DNA of 40,157 nucleotides, from IMG/VR virus record IMGVR_UViG_3300046557_000835; one strand, written 5' to 3'. Below are positions 18,559 through 27,257 of this stretch, piece by piece (position 1 is the stretch's first letter; the number at the start of each line of letters is the position of its first letter). A program made the position numbers and the translations under genes. Below the pieces are notes generated by a model. The model had not been told where the DNA came from. It saw only the letters and a program-made list of their open reading frames with translations, and did no database searches. The DNA is from a virus. Lineage: Duplodnaviria > Heunggongvirae > Uroviricota > Caudoviricetes.

Positions 18559-20211
18559 TTAATAACGATTACCCGATGGTGGTGTGCTACCCAGTTCGGT
18601 CACCAGCGGACGAACTGCCGGCATGACTTCTTGCTGCAGCTGCTTGAACGAGGTGGCAATGTGATCCAGCGTATCGGGACGCGTGGTCAACACCGGAGAC
18701 ATTGCCGACGACATGAACGCCGGGAAGACGTACACGTAGTGCGGGCTACCGCCGACCGAAATCTTGATCGTGATCTCACCGAACAAGTCAGCATTGACAT
18801 CGATATCGTAACGCATCTGGTTATCAATCGACATCGGCGCCACAAACTGCTGGTAGAACAACCGGTCCAGCGCTTGCAGCTGCGGGGTCAGGTTCACCCC
18901 TTTGACGAACGGCAGTGCGTTGGTGGCTTTGCAGAATACTTCACCGAAGCTGTTGGTCGCGATGATGTCCACTTTACGCATGGCCATGTCCATCATCATC
19001 GGCGACAGCATGTTCGCCAGCTGCGCAGCCCACTGGGTCGGCAGATCCTGACCATGCCATTCCGAGGTCGAGTTACCGATCGCCATGTTCTGGCCACGCA
19101 CGTTGGCCATCGAACCGTAGTCACGCATGTTGATGAAACAGATGCCATCGGCTTCTGCATTCGGATCGACATGCAACAGATCACGGAACGTGAACGTGGC
19201 CGAGACAATGCCATCCCCGAAATTGGCGATCGCCTTCAGGAACGGGTCGTTGCGCGACGATGCATCCCGCAGTTCCCGCATGGCGTTGTTGTACGGATCG
19301 ACGAAGCCAGATTGGCCGGTACGCACCGCCAGATCCCGCCCGTTGGCCAAGCCCGAGATGATGCGGGCCATGTAGTCGTTCGGGTTGGTGTGGTGTACAT
19401 CCGACAGCTCCGGCGTGCCGGTCTGCACGTAACGCGTGTCGTTGGTGGTCACGCCGGTACGGTTGACTTGCGGATCATGCATGCGCGCCAGCGCCGCCGA
19501 GACTTCGTATGGGCGCAGACGGATGACTTCCGCATTGTCGACGGTTTCGAACTGGGTGTCGATCAACACCTGGTTCACCGACACCATTTCGGTCGACATC
19601 TGTTCACCGAAACCGTAGTTGCGGTAGACATTGCGGACTTCCATGATGGAGTTCACCGTCATTTCCATCTGCTGGTCAACCGCGAAGTCGCTGTTGTTTT
19701 GGCCGGCACGACCGTGTTTCTGGTGCAGACCCAGGTGGTTCGTGTAACCATTGATGACGTAACGATTCGGTTCCACGGCGCCGTGGCGCATCACGCTGAT
19801 CACCATGATGAAACGCGCGGTCTGGTAACCCAGGCCGTGTTCGAGGCGCACCCGGGCCTTGGCTTCGGCCGCCGCAGCTGGACGGATGAACGATGACGAG
19901 ACGTTCGACAGATCGAGCGGGTTGATCATGTAGCTGCTATCTGGCGCAGCCGCACCCGACGCCACCTTGGCCTGGTAGTCGCGGTAGGCATGGCTCACCG
20001 TTTCGTACACCTGATTGATGTTGTCTTGGTTGACTTCGGTCACCCAGGGGCGACGATACTGGTCTTGGTAGGTACCGGTCGGCACGAACACCAGACTCTC
20101 GACCGTGATCTGGGACGAGTGGTGCGGGAATCGCGGCGGTTCACGGTACTCGCCAGCCTGGTTGTACTGATCGTACGAGTTGAAGGGCTGGTTGGTGTAA
20201 GGGTCTTGCAT
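18559..20211 (-). CDS. Probable nuclear import factor PicA/Imp1 (phiKZ gp69 position)
   Basis: 550 aa gene immediately downstream of the gp68-position gene. Identity rests on synteny and size; no motif was verified. Confidence 0.55.
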   Translation of the reverse strand: MQDPYTNQPFNSYDQYNQAGEYREPPRFPHHSSQITVESLVFVPTGTYQDQYRRPWVTEVNQDNINQVYETVSHAYRDYQAKVASGAAAPDSSYMINPLDLSNVSSSFIRPAAAAEAKARVRLEHGLGYQTARFIMVISVMRHGAVEPNRYVINGYTNHLGLHQKHGRAGQNNSDFAVDQQMEMTVNSIMEVRNVYRNYGFGEQMSTEMVSVNQVLIDTQFETVDNAEVIRLRPYEVSAALARMHDPQVNRTGVTTNDTRYVQTGTPELSDVHHTNPNDYMARIISGLANGRDLAVRTGQSGFVDPYNNAMRELRDASSRNDPFLKAIANFGDGIVSATFTFRDLLHVDPNAEADGICFINMRDYGSMANVRGQNMAIGNSTSEWHGQDLPTQWAAQLANMLSPMMMDMAMRKVDIIATNSFGEVFCKATNALPFVKGVNLTPQLQALDRLFYQQFVAPMSIDNQMRYDIDVNADLFGEITIKISVGGSPHYVYVFPAFMSSAMSPVLTTRPDTLDHIATSFKQLQQEVMPAVRPLVTELGSTPPSGNRY

Positions 20212-20213
20212 GA

Positions 20214-21905
20214 TTAAAAGCTCCTGGTAGCAATGCTGATTGCGAGTTCAGCAAAACGGTTACGGAAATTTGGTTTGACGGTGTAGCGACGGCCGCCTTC
20301 GTGGTCACCCAACATTTTAACCCAAGGTGTCGGGATGTTGAGCAGCCACTGGTAATGCACCAAACTGTTGGAAATCGAATCGATCAGGGCGCTGGCGGGA
20401 TTGACCAGCTTGATCGTTTTGGGGTTATCGTTACGCAGTTTACCTGCGGGCCGTTGGGCGTAAGGCCAGTGTTGGTCTAACGCCTTCTTGTTCTCATCGG
20501 TCAGAGCGATGGGGGCTGGGCTACCGCCGGTCGAATTGCCATCCCGGTCGGTCATCGGTGACGCTGTCATCAGGGCCGCGATGTCGTAGAAGTCACGGTA
20601 GCACAGCAACGCTGCGCCAACTGCCATCATGTTCAGGTCTTCGATGAGGTTCATCTCATCGATACCACGTGGCGGGAAGATAGCATCCCAACGATCTTGG
20701 AAACGCGGATCGATTTCCCACGCACCATCGCGTTGCCGGCATTCAGCACCCAGCACATTTTGCAGGATCGTGAACTGGAATTGCTTCGGCGGGTTGCGGC
20801 GCAGCGGTTCAACTGCTTTCATGCCGAGGTCGAGCCAGCTTTCCGGCTGCATTTCCGGATGCATGCGCTCGATGAACATCTCGGGAGACCTGGCACTGGC
20901 TTCCAGCAGCGTCAAGTCACCAGCAGCAAACGGCTCCCGGATCTTGATCAGTTCCGACACCGATGCCCGATTTTCTTGGTCATTGCCCGACACACCGTTG
21001 TCCGGAATCTTCGGCTTGACCCGTTCGTTGTACGCCCGGTCAGCACCTTCGAGATGCTGCTCGATGAACGAGTATACCCGACCCACGAGCGAGAAGTTCG
21101 GATCACGGCCCGAGATATCGACCCATGCCAAACGCCGTACCAGCAGAATTGCCATGGTTTGGATTTGCGCGTCTTCCTTGGGGACGCTACCTTCCATGGC
21201 CGAGTTCTTGAACTTGTCCGGCGTCAGGTAAATGTTGATGTAGTTTTCCAAGCGCTTCCAGCCGTCGGTTTCCACCAAGGCAGTCTTGGTCGCGAGGCGC
21301 AGCGCATAGATCTCCTTGTAATGGTTGTTGACAGTGGAATCGATGTTGCCCAGGAAGCGACCCCAAATCGGCGTCAGCATCCGCGACAGCATCACCAGAA
21401 CGATCAGACCCCAGTAATCCTTTTCCAGATAGGTGGCTTCGGCAGGGCGATTGCGCAGACCGAAGTTCTCACCACGTTGGGCCGACTCTTCGTGGGTCTT
21501 GTAGACCCGGATGTTGGCGGGGAACACAATGCTCGGCGTACCATGCACCCAGTTTGCCACATTGTCCGGCGGGCAGATCATGAAAATGCGCTTGACGAGA
21601 GGTGGAATTCGTTTGCGCAGATCCTGGATGTCATTGTGCCCGTGCGGTTGCAGGATGTGGTGGATTTGGCTGTAGATGTCGAACAGCTCGTTTTGCTTCT
21701 GGACTGGCAGTTGATAGAAATACTGGTTGAGTTGTTCGAAGGGATCGACGTACGGATTCTCTTCGCCCAACGGGTCTTTGTTGCGGTTGGCGTTTTTGTT
21801 ACCACGCTCCAAAATCTTTACATCCCACGTCAGTTCCTGGCCGGCGTGTTCAATCACAACGTTCGAATTTTTGTCGGAAGCTGCAGACACTTTCCTAAAT
21901 CTCAC
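20214..21905 (-). CDS. Probable nvRNAP promoter-specificity subunit (phiKZ gp68 position)
   Basis: 563 aa, GTG start with SD AGGAG; assigned by synteny in the ChmC-gp68-gp69-gp70-beta-beta' block. Confidence 0.6.
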   Translation of the reverse strand: MRFRKVSAASDKNSNVVIEHAGQELTWDVKILERGNKNANRNKDPLGEENPYVDPFEQLNQYFYQLPVQKQNELFDIYSQIHHILQPHGHNDIQDLRKRIPPLVKRIFMICPPDNVANWVHGTPSIVFPANIRVYKTHEESAQRGENFGLRNRPAEATYLEKDYWGLIVLVMLSRMLTPIWGRFLGNIDSTVNNHYKEIYALRLATKTALVETDGWKRLENYINIYLTPDKFKNSAMEGSVPKEDAQIQTMAILLVRRLAWVDISGRDPNFSLVGRVYSFIEQHLEGADRAYNERVKPKIPDNGVSGNDQENRASVSELIKIREPFAAGDLTLLEASARSPEMFIERMHPEMQPESWLDLGMKAVEPLRRNPPKQFQFTILQNVLGAECRQRDGAWEIDPRFQDRWDAIFPPRGIDEMNLIEDLNMMAVGAALLCYRDFYDIAALMTASPMTDRDGNSTGGSPAPIALTDENKKALDQHWPYAQRPAGKLRNDNPKTIKLVNPASALIDSISNSLVHYQWLLNIPTPWVKMLGDHEGGRRYTVKPNFRNRFAELAISIATRSF

Positions 21906-21951
21906 GTTCTCTCCTTTTTGTTGATTAGGTACTACGTTTTACTGCTCATCG

Positions 21952-21961
21952 TAGTGATATA
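21952..21961 (-). promoter_or_regulatory. Early-type promoter motif TATATCACTA
   Basis: Second identical copy, 47 nt upstream of the gp68-position start. Confidence 0.65.
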
Positions 21962-22069
21962 TGCCCGAAATATTTTAACACCGCATTATCGTCGTTTCGA
22001 AGGCATAGACCACGCGGCCCGAAAGCCGCGCGGTGCTATTTAGTCTACTTCACCCGATGGGTTGGCTGA

Positions 22070-22879
22070 TTAATACGGGATGTCGTCTTCCATATCGTCT
22101 TCAGCCTGGATCGGCGCACGGTTGCCACCGCCATTGCTGTTGCCGCCGCCGCCACCGTTGTTGCGGTTCTGGTTGTTACCGTAGCTGTTGCCGCCACCGC
22201 CGGACTTGTTGCCGTAACCACCACCGCTACCGGAACCTTGTGCGGGCGGGACGTACGGCGGTTGGTACAGGTCTGGGACTTGGTGCTGGCGGGTGGTCGA
22301 GGCCATCACGCGGGTGAACAGTTCAGCCAGGATCTTCTGGTAGGCGCGGGCGTTCGACAGCGACATCTCACCGTCGCTCCACTTCTGGCCGTCTTCGTTG
22401 GCGAACAGGATTTCCGGGTTGCGCGGCAGGAAGCCGAACTCGATGTTGGTACGGTTGTACTGCACCAGCGAGATCGACACGGTGCCGTCAGCGTCCTTGT
22501 TGATGAACAGCTTGTTGCCGTCGCGCGGGGTGTCCATGCGCTCGCGCTGCTTGGTGTCCTTGTTGAACTTGTAGTACACTTGCTCGACTGCGGCACGCTT
22601 GATCGGACCTTTGGCGCGCAGCACGTCACCGAACAGGTGGACGAACTTCTCGTAGTCCAGCAGGCTCATGCGCATGCGGATCACGTCGCCGTCCTTGGCC
22701 TTCTCTTTGTCGGCCGGGTCGCCCGTACGCACGGTGAAGCTGACTTTGCCGTCGATACCGACGTCGACGAGGAACATGGCCGATTTGCCAGGAGCCGTCG
22801 AAGGCGCCCACAGGGTCAGCTGGAAGAGGTCGAAGGGAGCCTTCGGGCGTTTGTCTTTTTCCTGGTTGTTGTATGCCAT
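22070..22879 (-). CDS. Probable ChmC-like nucleic-acid-binding protein with a G/N-rich disordered tail
   Basis: 269 aa with a beta-rich N-terminal domain, G/N low-complexity C-terminus ending EDDIPY, located directly upstream of the gp68-position gene. Confidence 0.65.
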   Translation of the reverse strand: MAYNNQEKDKRPKAPFDLFQLTLWAPSTAPGKSAMFLVDVGIDGKVSFTVRTGDPADKEKAKDGDVIRMRMSLLDYEKFVHLFGDVLRAKGPIKRAAVEQVYYKFNKDTKQRERMDTPRDGNKLFINKDADGTVSISLVQYNRTNIEFGFLPRNPEILFANEDGQKWSDGEMSLSNARAYQKILAELFTRVMASTTRQHQVPDLYQPPYVPPAQGSGSGGGYGNKSGGGGNSYGNNQNRNNGGGGGNSNGGGNRAPIQAEDDMEDDIPY

Positions 22880-22945
22880 TTTGTTTTCCCAAATTGAAAT
22901 GGTTGCGGTCTACATCCAATAATGGTACTGGATATTTTTCCACTG

Positions 22946-23812
22946 TTAGATGAGGAATCCGAAGATTTTCTTCATCTTGAGTACGTGGGCGGGGTTCGGT
23001 AATTCCTTGATCCCGTCCACAATTCGGTCACGCGACGTGGATGAGTGCCAGTGGCGTTTTGTTGCTACATCAATAATAGCTTCCCGTAACTTCTTATCCA
23101 GTGGATGGAAGGTTTCGGTATCGCCAAAGACCTGCAAGAGTTCCTCGGTAAAAGGTATCATCGCGAGGTCACGACCTTGGTAGTATTTCGAATACCAAAG
23201 TGTTCGGTTCTTGATCTTGCCGGTATGAGACTCCAGCAACACCAATTCCCCAAAGTTCTTGTACGACAGCAGATCATACGCAATGTGCGTGATGACCAGT
23301 GTTTTCACCGCTTCACCAGGCAACTGATCATCAAACAACTTGAACCGATCACGTCGCTCTGCCAACATGACTTTCATGACGTCACCCAGCTTGTCGCTGT
23401 ATTGCTTCTGCTTGTCGGTGCTGTCTTTGCGCAGTTCCGCTTCCGGGTACTTGCGCTCCAACTTATTCATGTTATTAAAGTAATACGTTACTGGTACAGG
23501 ATAACCAGCATACTCGCGCAACATGTCCGGAATGACATGCATTTCTTCGTCCAGAATCTGGGCGATTTCCACGGCCGAGATCTGCGCTGCGATGTCTTTC
23601 GACATAGCGCCCACGATGTTCCGGTAGAGCGTGCGCATGTTGATCCACACACCTTTAAATTGGCGTATGGGCATAGTGGTAGGTCGTGGCAAGTCGGGAT
23701 GTATCCCGACTGCCGATTCGATAGCGAGGCTCGTGGCCACTGAGAGTTGGAAATATCCTAGTGCGCGGGAATCCGCAGTGTTTGAATACCGTACTTCATA
23801 TTCGGCTGACAT
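22946..23812 (-). CDS. Conserved-type protein, possible PIN/FEN-like nuclease fold
   Basis: 288 aa; WINMRTLYRN and LLQVFGD loosely resemble 5'-3' nuclease motifs; TAATG overlap with the upstream gene. Confidence 0.6.
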   Translation of the reverse strand: MSAEYEVRYSNTADSRALGYFQLSVATSLAIESAVGIHPDLPRPTTMPIRQFKGVWINMRTLYRNIVGAMSKDIAAQISAVEIAQILDEEMHVIPDMLREYAGYPVPVTYYFNNMNKLERKYPEAELRKDSTDKQKQYSDKLGDVMKVMLAERRDRFKLFDDQLPGEAVKTLVITHIAYDLLSYKNFGELVLLESHTGKIKNRTLWYSKYYQGRDLAMIPFTEELLQVFGDTETFHPLDKKLREAIIDVATKRHWHSSTSRDRIVDGIKELPNPAHVLKMKKIFGFLI

Positions 23813-25137
23813 TAGTAAGTCTCCTCTTTAATGGCTGCTTTCCAAGGAAATAACTCTTCGAGGATTTCTTGGGCTGCGTCGATGACTTCTCCGGAGGCGC
23901 CATCACTCGCAATGCGGTTCAAAATCAACCCAGCAATGTTTTCAGGCGTGATGTTGATCGGGATGTATTTGGCATCGACTTCGGCCAATGGGGCGAGGGC
24001 TTTCTCTTTGTCACGCACTGGTTCTTTCTTCCAGTGCATGAGTGGTGCCAGCCGGATCAAGGCTTCCATACCAGAAAAGACCGGGTGGTTACTCTCCGCC
24101 AGAATGCGGACATGGGAACCGTCCGGCAGTTTCGCCGTTTCTTGTCCCACATAAGTAAAGGTGTCTTCGAGTGTTTTGCCGGTGCAGTTCAGGGTAACGA
24201 ACTTCATCGCGTTGACGTTCTCGACGAAGCGAATGTCCCACGTCCCGTCCGGTTGCCACTTAAAGCGCATGTGGCCTTTGGGCGTCTCGTAACCGTGCCC
24301 CAAACGGTCAAACGATCCTTGCGCATAGATACCGTGGCCGTCTTGCATGAAGCTCTTGTGGGTGTGATCGTGCCCAATCGAGATGTTGTGCTTGACGAGT
24401 TTCAGGTACTCTTGTTCATCGTGGGTAATCGAGCTATCCACAAAATCGATCTGGAACCGGAACAAACCGTGCATGATCGCGATATCTACTTGTTCGATCC
24501 CGCGTGAACGCAACAGGTCTTTGACTTCTTGTAACGCTGGTCCCGAACCACCAGGTGGCTCATCGGGGATATATAGCACATGGACATCCAGATCCGCTAT
24601 GTATTCGATATCGATTTTCTCGATGTACTTCAGATCTGCACCAACCAGACCGATCTCGTTTTCCATCGGGAAGTAGTTGGATTGGCCGCGGTCATGCAGC
24701 GGCGTACCTTCCAACACACGTAGCTTGATGCTGTGTTTCTTACACAGACGCAGCAATGCGTTCACCCAATGCTTGATCGCATCAATGTCTTCATCGTTGA
24801 ACATCAGAATGTTGTCAAACACGTCGCCAGCGATAAAGATCACGTCCAAGCTGGCGGTGTCAGGGTTATCAGGAAACGCAGCAAACAGGTTTTCAACGAT
24901 CCTGGCAGCTGGGTTACGGTTATGACCGAGATGGATGTCGCTGATGACAGCGTAGTAAAAACCACCCGTCTTGAAACGGGACAAGACGAGTGGGCTGGAT
25001 GCAGCAACTGGGAATTCAGCCAAGATCGTCGAACTCGGTACTGTCTCGGGCGAGGTTAGTGGCATTGGTAGAAGTGGTTTGTTCGGCCGTCGCTGCAACC
25101 GGCAACAGTGGGCGGTTATAGCGGGTGAAAATTTCAT
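23812..25137 (-). CDS. Mre11/SbcD-like metallophosphoesterase nuclease (true start probably near 25023-25065)
   Basis: ISDIHLG, IAGDVFD, EGTPLHD, IMHG and IGHDH calcineurin-like motifs. Confidence 0.88.
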   Translation of the reverse strand: MKFSPAITAHCCRLQRRPNKPLLPMPLTSPETVPSSTILAEFPVAASSPLVLSRFKTGGFYYAVISDIHLGHNRNPAARIVENLFAAFPDNPDTASLDVIFIAGDVFDNILMFNDEDIDAIKHWVNALLRLCKKHSIKLRVLEGTPLHDRGQSNYFPMENEIGLVGADLKYIEKIDIEYIADLDVHVLYIPDEPPGGSGPALQEVKDLLRSRGIEQVDIAIMHGLFRFQIDFVDSSITHDEQEYLKLVKHNISIGHDHTHKSFMQDGHGIYAQGSFDRLGHGYETPKGHMRFKWQPDGTWDIRFVENVNAMKFVTLNCTGKTLEDTFTYVGQETAKLPDGSHVRILAESNHPVFSGMEALIRLAPLMHWKKEPVRDKEKALAPLAEVDAKYIPINITPENIAGLILNRIASDGASGEVIDAAQEILEELFPWKAAIKEETY

Positions 25138-25606
25138 TCCAGCGGCGGATGTGGTCAGCGCTCATCGTTTTCTCGTTGAACATGAAGGAACGGCGATCCA
25201 TCTCTTGCAAGATGAAATGCTCCAGCACGTTCGGTCCGCGATTCGCGTACAGGCGGGCGGTTTGCACCATGTCGGTCACGGTTTGCATCCGGGCTGATGG
25301 ACCCGTGCCGTCAAGCGGCTTGATCGCGTCTTGGCTGGCCAAAGGCGGAACATGGAACAACACGCGATGTTCTTGATCGCACACCGTGACTTCGTTGAAC
25401 GGGCCGTGGGCCAAGTTCATCCACATTTCCGGTGTGGCCTTATGGTGCGGGTTCTCATCGCTAGCGAACATCGGCAAGAACACATTTACAAACAAGACTT
25501 CCGATACCACGGCTTGGTTCGAGGCATCGGTAGTGAACTGGGCTTCGACATCCAGAATCAAATCGTTCAAACGCTCGGTGAGCGGGTCCATCGGTTGCTG
25601 GGACAT
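25016..25606 (-). CDS. Hypothetical protein
   Basis: 196 aa ORF with SD AAGGA, in the operon. Confidence 0.7.
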   Translation of the reverse strand: MSQQPMDPLTERLNDLILDVEAQFTTDASNQAVVSEVLFVNVFLPMFASDENPHHKATPEMWMNLAHGPFNEVTVCDQEHRVLFHVPPLASQDAIKPLDGTGPSARMQTVTDMVQTARLYANRGPNVLEHFILQEMDRRSFMFNEKTMSADHIRRWNEIFTRYNRPLLPVAATAEQTTSTNATNLARDSTEFDDLG

Positions 25607-25619
25607 TCAATGTTTCCTT

Positions 25620-26042
25620 TTAGAGATAAGCGGCACTTCCTGTATTATTAAGCTTCGTAATTTTTTCAAATTTGCCGTTGATGAGCGTGAGCAAATTCGC
25701 CACATCGTAGCGTTCGCCGCCTTGCGTGACTTGCACCGCAAAGCTGACATTAACGCGGTCCGAGAGGTTGGTGTCCGAATCGTCCCACACTTGAACGGTG
25801 GCGCTGTCATACAGGTTTTCCAGATAACGCTCCAGCACCGAGCGCAAGCGCTCACGGAATTGCAGGATGTTGTTACCGCATTCTTGCAGCAGAATCGCGC
25901 AGTTGGCGATCTGACCTTCGTAGATGTAATCTTGGTGCGCATCGGACGCGAAGAAGTGAGCGATCACGCGGTCCGTCTTCTCCACGATCGAATGCACATA
26001 GCCTTTGGCGGAGAGGGTACCAATGGGTTTCACGGGGTTCAT
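25620..26042 (-). CDS. Hypothetical protein
   Basis: ATG at 26042 with SD AGGAG (MNPVKPIGTLS...), shorter than the ORF-track call. Confidence 0.7.
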   Translation of the reverse strand: MNPVKPIGTLSAKGYVHSIVEKTDRVIAHFFASDAHQDYIYEGQIANCAILLQECGNNILQFRERLRSVLERYLENLYDSATVQVWDDSDTNLSDRVNVSFAVQVTQGGERYDVANLLTLINGKFEKITKLNNTGSAAYL

Positions 26043-26126
26043 ACAGACTCCTGGCAAGGACAAAAGAAAAAAGATACATACCATCACAGCTGCCCACCGC
26101 CCCGAAAAGGGGCAGTGGGCGCCGTT

Positions 26127-26753
26127 TTATAGCATCTCGCCAGATTTGGAAGTTGGATCACTCATGGAGTGGGCCAATGCGTAGCGCACTGCCTTCCACG
26201 TATTCGTGACCGCAACCTGTTCTGGCAGAATCAGTTCACGATCACCTTCCATGAGTTCTTCGATGTAGATCTCCGCTTTCCAACCATGCGGTGTATCTTC
26301 ATCCCCAGGCACCATCTGCACCATGCCGTTCATCACGCGGCGGTAGTTATAGTTGTCGTCCCCGTACTGGTTCGGGAACGGGTTTGTATAACCATAGCCT
26401 TCGCAGCGTCCTTGGTCGTACATCTTGGCCAAACTTGGTTCAGCCATGATGTACCGCTGCATCACCGGGGCGGCTTGCTGGATGTCGTAGATCGACGTCA
26501 GCTGGACGATACGGTCCTCCTGGAAGTAGCTCTTCACACGCGAGATCCCGACGCGGGCACGGTGAATCGCTTCGTCACTGTAAAAGGATTGATACGCATC
26601 GACCACACCCTGGGCGAACTGGTGACCAGTGCGCTGGATGTAACCACCGATAACTTGGGCTTGCTCACGTACATATTGCAACATGGACGGATGAGGCTCA
26701 CCTGCGGTGAAGAGGTTGAGCTCTGCCTCACCACCGTAAAACGCGGTTGCCAT
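26127..26753 (-). CDS. Hypothetical protein
   Basis: 208 aa ORF; ATG abuts the upstream TAA. Confidence 0.72.
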   Translation of the reverse strand: MATAFYGGEAELNLFTAGEPHPSMLQYVREQAQVIGGYIQRTGHQFAQGVVDAYQSFYSDEAIHRARVGISRVKSYFQEDRIVQLTSIYDIQQAAPVMQRYIMAEPSLAKMYDQGRCEGYGYTNPFPNQYGDDNYNYRRVMNGMVQMVPGDEDTPHGWKAEIYIEELMEGDRELILPEQVAVTNTWKAVRYALAHSMSDPTSKSGEML

Positions 26754-26993
26754 TTACGACTCCTTCTTGTCTTCGTCCGGATGGATTTTACAGATGACCC
26801 CGCAACCACCATAGACATCGGTGAGCTTGAACCCTGGAGGGGGTGAATCGCTTTTCACCAACCCGTCTTCAGTCACGAGCGGGTCAAAGACGTGCTCGGT
26901 ACGGATATCTGCGCCGAGCTGGAATTCTTCCGGCTTCAGAATACCGTCAAACGGATCGCCGTTTCGATCGCTTTCGTATGCCATTGCTACCAT
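26754..26993 (-). CDS. Small acidic hypothetical protein
   Basis: ATG at 26993 with SD AAGGAG. Confidence 0.6.
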   Translation of the reverse strand: MVAMAYESDRNGDPFDGILKPEEFQLGADIRTEHVFDPLVTEDGLVKSDSPPPGFKLTDVYGGCGVICKIHPDEDKKES

Positions 26994-27023
26994 AATGCTC
27001 TCCTTTTTGTAAAACTGCAACCG

Positions 27024-27257
27024 CTACGCCGCCGCCATGTACAACGTCTTCATCCGTTCCAGAATTACTGGGTCAGGCGGTAAGTTCGGTGCCGCCTCGA
27101 TGAAGTTTGCTGCAGTAGATGTCCACGGTTTGGTCTTCGAGAAGTTACCCGACAACTGACGCGGGGTTGACGTACTCATCGCGCTGCGGTACGGCGCCAT
27201 GGCTTCGAAACGCTCGGCCATGTAATCGTCGATCAACAGCGTGCCGTTCATCTCATC
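27024..27257 (-). CDS. nvRNAP beta' N-terminal subunit, exon 2
   Basis: Begins GAT GAG ATG AAC (DEMN), restoring NADFDG-DEMN on joining to exon 1. Confidence 0.88.
   Translation of the reverse strand, partial: DEMNGTLLIDDYMAERFEAMAPYRSAMSTSTPRQLSGNFSKTKPWTSTAANFIEAAPNLPPDPVILERMKTLYMAAA

Noticed and set aside
17164-22043. Long plus-strand ORFs (172, 276, 450 and 448 aa)
   Set aside because: Shadows of the gp70-, PicA- and gp68-position genes.
25620-26042. T4 gp25-like baseplate wedge assignment
   Set aside because: Only a vague secondary-structure resemblance, and the gene lies in an early minus-strand operon; left as hypothetical.
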